A stretch of DNA of 64,000 nt from Hyphomicrobiales bacterium (GTDB lineage: Bacteria > Pseudomonadota > Alphaproteobacteria > Rhizobiales > Xanthobacteraceae), in the NCBI GenBank assembly GCA_017305455.1, contig JAFKKO010000117.1:21824-85823 (forward strand), given 5' to 3'. Each line of letters opens with the position of its first letter. Position 1 is the first letter of the stretch. The notes under the pieces were generated by a model. That model ran no database searches. It worked only from the letters and a program-made list of their open reading frames with translations, and was not told the origin of the DNA. Below, one piece after another: positions 58,623 to 64,000 of the stretch. A program made the translations under genes and the position numbers.

Positions 58623-59933
58623 TTATCGGGCGGCGCCGAACACCCGCGCGAAGATCGTGTCGACGTGCTTTAAGTGATACGCGAGGTCGAATTGTTCCTC
58701 GATTTCCTTGTCGGACAGGTATTTCTTGACCTCGGCGTCCTTCTTCAGAAGTGACTGGAAGTCGCCTTCGCCGCGCCAGACCGGCATCGCATTGCGCTGG
58801 ACCAGTCTGTAGGCGTCCTCGCGCGAGGCGCCCTTCTGCGTCAGCGCGATCAGCACGCGCTGGGAATGCACCAGGCCGCCGAGACGGTCGAGGTTCTTCT
58901 GCATATTCTGCGGATAGACCAGCAGCTTTTCGATCACGCCGGCGAGACGGGTGAGCGCAAAGTCCAGCGTCACCGTGGCGTCCGGCGCCATCATCCGTTC
59001 GGCCGAGGAGTGCGAGATATCGCGCTCGTGCCACAGCGCGACGTTCTCCAGCGCCGGGGTGACGTAGGCGCGCACCATGCGGGAGAGGCCGGTGAGGTTC
59101 TCGGTCAGCACCGGGTTGCGCTTGTGCGGCATCGCGGAGGAGCCCTTCTGCCCCTCGGAGAAGAACTCCTCGGCCTCGAGCACTTCGGTGCGCTGCATGT
59201 GGCGAATTTCGATCGCAAGCCGCTCCATCGAGGCGGCGATCACGCCGAGCGTGGCGAAGAACATCGCGTGGCGGTCGCGCGGGATCACCTGGGTCGAAAT
59301 CGGTTCAACCGTCAGCCCCATCGCCTTGGCGACATGGGCTTCCACGCGCGGATCGATCTGTGCGAAGGTGCCGACCGCGCCGGAAATGGCGCAGGTCGCG
59401 ATCTCCTTGCGCGCGGCGACAAGGCGCTCGCGGGCGCGGGTGAATTCGGCGTAAGCGAAAGCGAGCTTGAGGCCGAACGTGACCGGTTCGGCATGGATGC
59501 CGTGCGAGCGGCCGATCACCGGCGTCATCTTGTGCTCGAAGGCACGAGTCTTGAGCGCGGCCAGCACCCGGTCGATATCGGCGAGCAGCAGATCGGCGGC
59601 GCGGGACAGCTGCACGTTGAGGCAGGTGTCGAGCACGTCGGAGGAGGTCATGCCCTGATGCACGAAGCGCGCTTCGGGGCCGACGATCTCCGCCAGATGC
59701 GTCAGGAAAGCGATGACGTCGTGCTTGGTCTCGCGCTCGATCTCGTCGATCCGCTCGACATTGAAGGTCACGCCCTTGGCCTTGGCCCAGATGGTCTTGG
59801 CGGCTTCCTTCGGAATGACGCCGAGATCGGCCAGCGCATCGGCGGCATGGGCTTCGATCTCGAACCAGATCTGAAACCGCGTCTGCGGCTCCCAGATGGA
59901 GGTCATTTCGGGGCGGGAATAGCGGGGGATCAT
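58623..59933 (-). CDS. purB: Adenylosuccinate lyase
   Basis: MIPRYSRPEMTSIWEPQTRFQIWFEIE... and the fumarate-lyase signature GSSAMPHKRNP. Confidence 0.97.
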   Translation of the reverse strand: MIPRYSRPEMTSIWEPQTRFQIWFEIEAHAADALADLGVIPKEAAKTIWAKAKGVTFNVERIDEIERETKHDVIAFLTHLAEIVGPEARFVHQGMTSSDVLDTCLNVQLSRAADLLLADIDRVLAALKTRAFEHKMTPVIGRSHGIHAEPVTFGLKLAFAYAEFTRARERLVAARKEIATCAISGAVGTFAQIDPRVEAHVAKAMGLTVEPISTQVIPRDRHAMFFATLGVIAASMERLAIEIRHMQRTEVLEAEEFFSEGQKGSSAMPHKRNPVLTENLTGLSRMVRAYVTPALENVALWHERDISHSSAERMMAPDATVTLDFALTRLAGVIEKLLVYPQNMQKNLDRLGGLVHSQRVLIALTQKGASREDAYRLVQRNAMPVWRGEGDFQSLLKKDAEVKKYLSDKEIEEQFDLAYHLKHVDTIFARVFGAAR

Positions 59934-60167
59934 GGGGATGTCCTTTCGCGCCGGCTGTACCAGAACCCCCCGCCGGTGACAAACAGAACCCTCTGTTTTC
60001 CGCTGCTTTTCGAAGATTTCACACGACGACAGGCTCGGGGCGGCGCTCCGCGAAATTCGGATAACGGGGATGCGGCGCGGGGCGGGCTTCGCGCTATCCG
60101 CATTGAAATGAGGCTGCTAGCATTGCGACAATCGGGCGAAAAGTCCCGGTACCGAAGGGGAGAAAAC

Positions 60168-62108
60168 ATGACGCGTTTCATCGCCGCGGCGGCGATCGCT
60201 GCCGCCGTTCTCGTGCCTGCCAGCCAGGCCGTTGCCAAGGTCGTCAAGTTCGACATCGTCCGTACGGAATCGCCTGCTTTCGAAGGCCGTGTGTTCGGCA
60301 GTGTCGGCACCTACGATCGTATCCTTGCGCGTGCGACGATCGCCGTCGCGCCGGGCGATGCGCATAATTCCATCATCGTCGATCTCGACAAGGCGCCGCG
60401 CAATGCGCAGGGACTGGTCGAAGCGGCGACCGAAGTCGAAATCCTGCGTCCGACCAACGCCGCCAACGGCAACCGGCGCCTGTTCTATGAAGTGTTGAAC
60501 CGCGGCGGCAAGCTGAGCTTTGCCTTGTTCACCGACAACAACCCCGTCGTCAACGAACTGGTGAAGGCGGGTGACGCCGGCAACGGCTTTCTGATGAACC
60601 GGGGCTACACGATCGTCTGGAACGGCTGGCAAGGCGACCTCGCGCCGGGCGGAGGACGCTTGGCACTCTCGCCGCCGGTGGTGCCGGGCATTACTGGTCT
60701 TGCGCGGGAAGAATTCGTCTTCGACAACATGACCAATCCGGTCAGCGCCACGCTGAGCTATCCGGCTGCCGATCTCGATCCTTCGCATGCGAAACTGACC
60801 GTGCGCGAGCGCGAAGCTGACGAACGCGCCTCGCCGTCCGATCTGTCGTTCAAATACGACGGCGAGGGCAAGGTATCGATTTCGCGGCCTGCGAATTTCG
60901 ATGCGGGCGCGATCTACGAACTGGTTTATCCCGCCAAAAATTCGAAGGTGATGGGCGTCGGCTTCGCGACCACGCGGGACGTGGTGTCGTTCCTGCGTTA
61001 CGAGCAGGGCGATGGCGCGGGCAATCCGCTCGCGGGCCGTATCGACAAGGCGATCGGTTTCGGCCTGTCGCAGAGCGGCCGCTACCTGCATGATTTCATC
61101 TATCTCGGCTTCAACGCGGATGAGGCGGGCCGCACCGTGTTCGAGGGCGCTATGCCCCATATCTCCGGCGGCAAGAAGACCTTTACCAACTACCGCTTCG
61201 CGCAGCCGGGGCGCTCGCCTTATCAGCACGCCGACATGGTTTATCCGGGATCGGAGTTTCCCTTCACCTATCCGGTGACGACCGATGCGCTGACCGGCAA
61301 GACCGACGGCCTACTGGCGCGGTGTCTCGCCGCCAACAATTGCCCGAAGATCATCAAGTCTGACAGCGAGATCGAATTCTATCAGCAGCGGGCTTCGCTG
61401 GTGGTGACCGATACCAAGGGTGATCCGATCGCGATGCCGGACAATGTCCGGGTGTATTTCCTGTCGAACCTGCAGCACTTCGCGCTCGCCAACTCCAAAC
61501 CCGCGGCGACCAAGACGTGTCAGTTCCTGACCAATCCGCTGAACGCCGGCCCTTCGGTGCGGGCGTTGCTGATAGCGATGGATGCGTGGATCACCAACGG
61601 CACCGAGCCGCCGAAGAGCCGCTATCCGAGCCGCGCGGACGGCACGCTGGTGCCGCCGACCAAGGCGGATGTCGGGTTTCCGAGTATTCCCGGCTTTCCC
61701 TATAACGGCACGATGACGAAGCCGGTGCTGATGGATTTCGGCACCATGCCGCCAACCAAGGGCAAGCCCTATCCTATCTTCCTGCCGAAGACGGATGCGG
61801 ATGGCCGCGCTGTGGCGGGCGTGCATCTGCCGACGCTGGAGGCCGCCGCCGGAACGCACACCGGCTGGAATGTGCGTAAGGCGGGGTTTGCCGAAGGCGA
61901 GCTGTGCGAGAACAACGGCTCCTTTGTCCCGTTCGCTGCGACAAAGGAGGAGCGGCTCAAGAGCGGCGATCCGCGGCTGTCGATGGAAGAGCGCTATCCG
62001 AACGCCGGGGATCGTGCGGCAGCCATCGAGAAAGCCGCAAGGCAACTGGTGCAGGATCGTCTGCTGCTGGAAGACGATGTGAAGATTTTCACCAGTGCGA
62101 CCAACTGA
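60168..62108 (+). CDS. Secreted 646-aa protein of unknown function (possibly an alpha/beta-hydrolase-domain family)
   Basis: ATG 60168 lies 6 nt after GGGGAG. The signal peptide is MTRFIAAAAIAAAVLVPASQAVA|K. The N-terminal pattern FDIVRTESPAFEGRVFGSVGTYDRI...RRLFYEVLNRGGK resembles a conserved proteobacterial family I recall as alpha/beta hydrolase domain-containing. The upstream 434 codons of the listed ORF are antisense to purB and are discarded. Confidence 0.6.
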   Translation: MTRFIAAAAIAAAVLVPASQAVAKVVKFDIVRTESPAFEGRVFGSVGTYDRILARATIAVAPGDAHNSIIVDLDKAPRNAQGLVEAATEVEILRPTNAANGNRRLFYEVLNRGGKLSFALFTDNNPVVNELVKAGDAGNGFLMNRGYTIVWNGWQGDLAPGGGRLALSPPVVPGITGLAREEFVFDNMTNPVSATLSYPAADLDPSHAKLTVREREADERASPSDLSFKYDGEGKVSISRPANFDAGAIYELVYPAKNSKVMGVGFATTRDVVSFLRYEQGDGAGNPLAGRIDKAIGFGLSQSGRYLHDFIYLGFNADEAGRTVFEGAMPHISGGKKTFTNYRFAQPGRSPYQHADMVYPGSEFPFTYPVTTDALTGKTDGLLARCLAANNCPKIIKSDSEIEFYQQRASLVVTDTKGDPIAMPDNVRVYFLSNLQHFALANSKPAATKTCQFLTNPLNAGPSVRALLIAMDAWITNGTEPPKSRYPSRADGTLVPPTKADVGFPSIPGFPYNGTMTKPVLMDFGTMPPTKGKPYPIFLPKTDADGRAVAGVHLPTLEAAAGTHTGWNVRKAGFAEGELCENNGSFVPFAATKEERLKSGDPRLSMEERYPNAGDRAAAIEKAARQLVQDRLLLEDDVKIFTSATN

Positions 62109-62129
62109 TCGCGTCTTCATCCATGAATG

Positions 62130-62162
62130 AAAACCGCCTGGCCGTAGGCGGTTTTCTCATTT
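62130..62162 (+). terminator. Intrinsic terminator after the secreted-protein gene
   Basis: Stem aaaaccgcc/ggcggtttt with an 8-nt loop, followed by a U-rich tail ctcattt. Confidence 0.7.
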
Positions 62163-62369
62163 GGATCGTTGCGCGATGTGCCGAAGCCGCGGCCACGGAT
62201 CGTCGAGACATCCGAAGCGGCTCGGCTTCTACCCGCTGCGGTGTCCATCCGGCTTGTCCGTGATCAAGGTTCGCGCTTTAACTTTACATACCATGCGCCG
62301 GCGGCTGGAGTTCATGGGTCCGTGGTGGCTTCGAACAGCATCGTCATGGCGAGTGAGGGGTGCGGGGCC

Positions 62370-63110
62370 ATGCTGGTCGCGATCTTTTCGGATATTCATG
62401 CCAATCGCCCGGCTTTCGAGGCGTGTCTCGCGGCGGCGCATGCGCGGCATGCGGAGCGCATCATCCTGCTCGGCGATTATGTCGGCTACGGCGCCGATCC
62501 AGAATGGACGGTCGATGTCGTGTCCGATCTCGTGGCCAAGGGCGCTGCCGCCATTCTCGGAAATCACGACCGCGCCGTACGGCATCCCAGCGAGACCATG
62601 AACGATGCCGCGCAGATCGTCATCGCATGGACGCGCGAACGGCTGACGACCGATCGGCAGGATTTCCTCGATCGGCTGCCTTTGACCCATGTCGAGGAAG
62701 GCGTCCTCTATGTCCACGCCGAGGCGAGCGATCCTGCCGCCTGGCATTATGTCCGGTCGGCGGACGATGCGGTGCGCAGCCTCGCGGCGACCGATGCGCG
62801 GGTGACGATTTGCGGCCATGTCCACCGTCCGGCGCTCTATTCGATGTCGGTCGTCGGCAAGATGACGGCGTTCGTGCCGACGGCGGAGATTCCGGTGCAG
62901 CTATTGGCCGGCCGCAGATGGCTCGCAGTGCTCGGATCGGTCGGCCAGCCGCGGGACGGCATCGCCGCGGCGTCCTTCGCGATGTTCGATACCGTGCGGC
63001 ACGAGATCACTTTCTGCCGCGTGCCATACGATATCGACGCCGCGGCGGCGCGCATCCGCGATAACGGCCTGCCGAGCTGGTTCGCCGACCGTCTTTACTT
63101 GGGAAAATAG
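62370..63110 (+). CDS. Metallophosphoesterase (calcineurin-like phosphoesterase)
   Basis: The motifs appear in canonical order: FSDIHAN, GDYVGYG, GNHD, and GHVH near the C-terminal part. ATG 62370 is preferred; 62346 is an alternative. Confidence 0.85.
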   Translation: MLVAIFSDIHANRPAFEACLAAAHARHAERIILLGDYVGYGADPEWTVDVVSDLVAKGAAAILGNHDRAVRHPSETMNDAAQIVIAWTRERLTTDRQDFLDRLPLTHVEEGVLYVHAEASDPAAWHYVRSADDAVRSLAATDARVTICGHVHRPALYSMSVVGKMTAFVPTAEIPVQLLAGRRWLAVLGSVGQPRDGIAAASFAMFDTVRHEITFCRVPYDIDAAAARIRDNGLPSWFADRLYLGK

Positions 63111-63127
63111 TTTCCGGGAGACAGCCG

Positions 63128-64000
63128 ATGGTGAAGTATTCGATCGAAGAAGGAGCGGTGATCGACGGCTTCGCTCTCGACAAATGCGTGCATCACGGCG
63201 GGATGGCGACACTGTGGAGCGCGACGCATCCGGAGATCGGCCTGCCCATCCTCGTCAAGATTCCGAAAATATCGGAGGGCGATGACCCTGCCGCGATCGT
63301 CAGCTTCGAAATGGAGCAGATGATCTTTCCGCGACTATCCGGTGATCATGTGCCGGCATGTTACGGCACGGGTGATTTCTCCCGCCAGCCTTACGTGGCG
63401 ATGGAGCGTATTCCCGGCGACACGCTGTACAAGCGCATCGCCGATCTGCCGTTGGCATATGAGGAGGCGGCGACGATCTGCGAACACGTCGCGATCGCGC
63501 TCGAAGACCTGCATCGTCAGAACGTCATTCATCACGACATCAAGCCGAGCAGCATCATGTTCCGCCCGTCCGGCGCGGCGGTGCTGATCGATTTCGGCCT
63601 GTCGCATCACGCACAATTGCCCGATCTGCTTCAGGCCGAATTCCGCCTGCCTTATGGAACGGCACCTTACATGGCGCCGGAACGCTTGCTCGGAGTGCGG
63701 GACGATCCGCGCAGCGACCTGTTTTCGCTGGGTGTGATGCTCTATTTTCTCACCACCGGCGAGCGGCCGTTCGGCGAAGGCGAGACGCTGCACGCCATCC
63801 GGCGCCGGCTGTGGCGCGATCCGGTGCCGCCGCGCAAGATCAGGGCCGATTATCCGCCCTGGCTTCAGGAGATCGTGCTGCGCTGTCTGGAGATCGATCC
63901 GGCGAAGCGATACCCCACGGCGGCGCAGCTCGCCTTCGATCTGTCCCATCCCGAGCAGGTGACGCTGACGGCGCGCTCCGCAAAGCTGCAGCGGGATTCG
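63128..64000 (+). CDS. Hanks-type serine/threonine protein kinase, 3'-truncated by the window edge (not in the ORF track because there is no stop)
   Basis: ATG 63128 lies 7 nt after GGGAG. The translation is open to the window end. It contains the catalytic loop HHDIKPSSIMF, DFGLS, the activation segment GTAPYMAPE, and RSDLFSLGVMLY. Confidence 0.85.
   Translation, partial: MVKYSIEEGAVIDGFALDKCVHHGGMATLWSATHPEIGLPILVKIPKISEGDDPAAIVSFEMEQMIFPRLSGDHVPACYGTGDFSRQPYVAMERIPGDTLYKRIADLPLAYEEAATICEHVAIALEDLHRQNVIHHDIKPSSIMFRPSGAAVLIDFGLSHHAQLPDLLQAEFRLPYGTAPYMAPERLLGVRDDPRSDLFSLGVMLYFLTTGERPFGEGETLHAIRRRLWRDPVPPRKIRADYPPWLQEIVLRCLEIDPAKRYPTAAQLAFDLSHPEQVTLTARSAKLQRDS

Noticed and set aside
58866-62108. 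Listed 1080-aa plus-strand ORF
   Set aside because: The first 434 codons are antisense to purB. The real gene starts at ATG 60168, which has an SD and a signal peptide.

Overview
This is a high-GC chromosomal segment (GC judged by eye, not computed). Gene order (recA...alaS, DUF1476-purC-purS-purQ-purL, bolA...grxD, rpsD-murI, purB) and the palindromic intergenic repeats suggest a Bradyrhizobiaceae/Nitrobacteraceae-type alphaproteobacterium; the taxon is inference. I call 58 protein genes, two of them cut by the window edges. Several starts are moved from the supplied ORF track, one 54-codon Flp pilin is below the track's size cut-off, and the terminal kinase has no stop in the window. I also call one tandem glycine riboswitch, an SOS box, two TetR-type operators, about ten intrinsic terminators and several repeat families. 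I saw no rRNA, tRNA, CRISPR, IS element or prophage. Most of the window is housekeeping: fumarase, recA, gcvTHP, alaS, icd, purine synthesis, rpsD, murI and egtBD. The accessory part is a ~20-kb block (7.9-27.8 kb) made of two adjacent uncharacterised uptake/catabolic modules. The first is LysR + FdrA + DUF1116 + a BMP-type ABC importer + a cysteine hydrolase. The second is TetR + a non-CODH CoxMSL-like molybdenum hydroxylase with a Liv-type ABC importer embedded before coxG. The signal least explained by any gene call is a 21-bp phased array of about ten TTGA(A/T)TCAA palindromes, most of which contain a GANTC site. It sits in an AT-rich island between icd and a trmJ-like gene (41.9-42.2 kb). 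Other points of interest are a SET-domain protein with a histone-H1-like tail, a SpoU methyltransferase-DUF559 fusion, a 13-bp tandem repeat, a phosphoesterase/Ser-Thr kinase pair and three copies of a composite hairpin-pair repeat. All family assignments come from motif recognition in the translations. No database search was possible.
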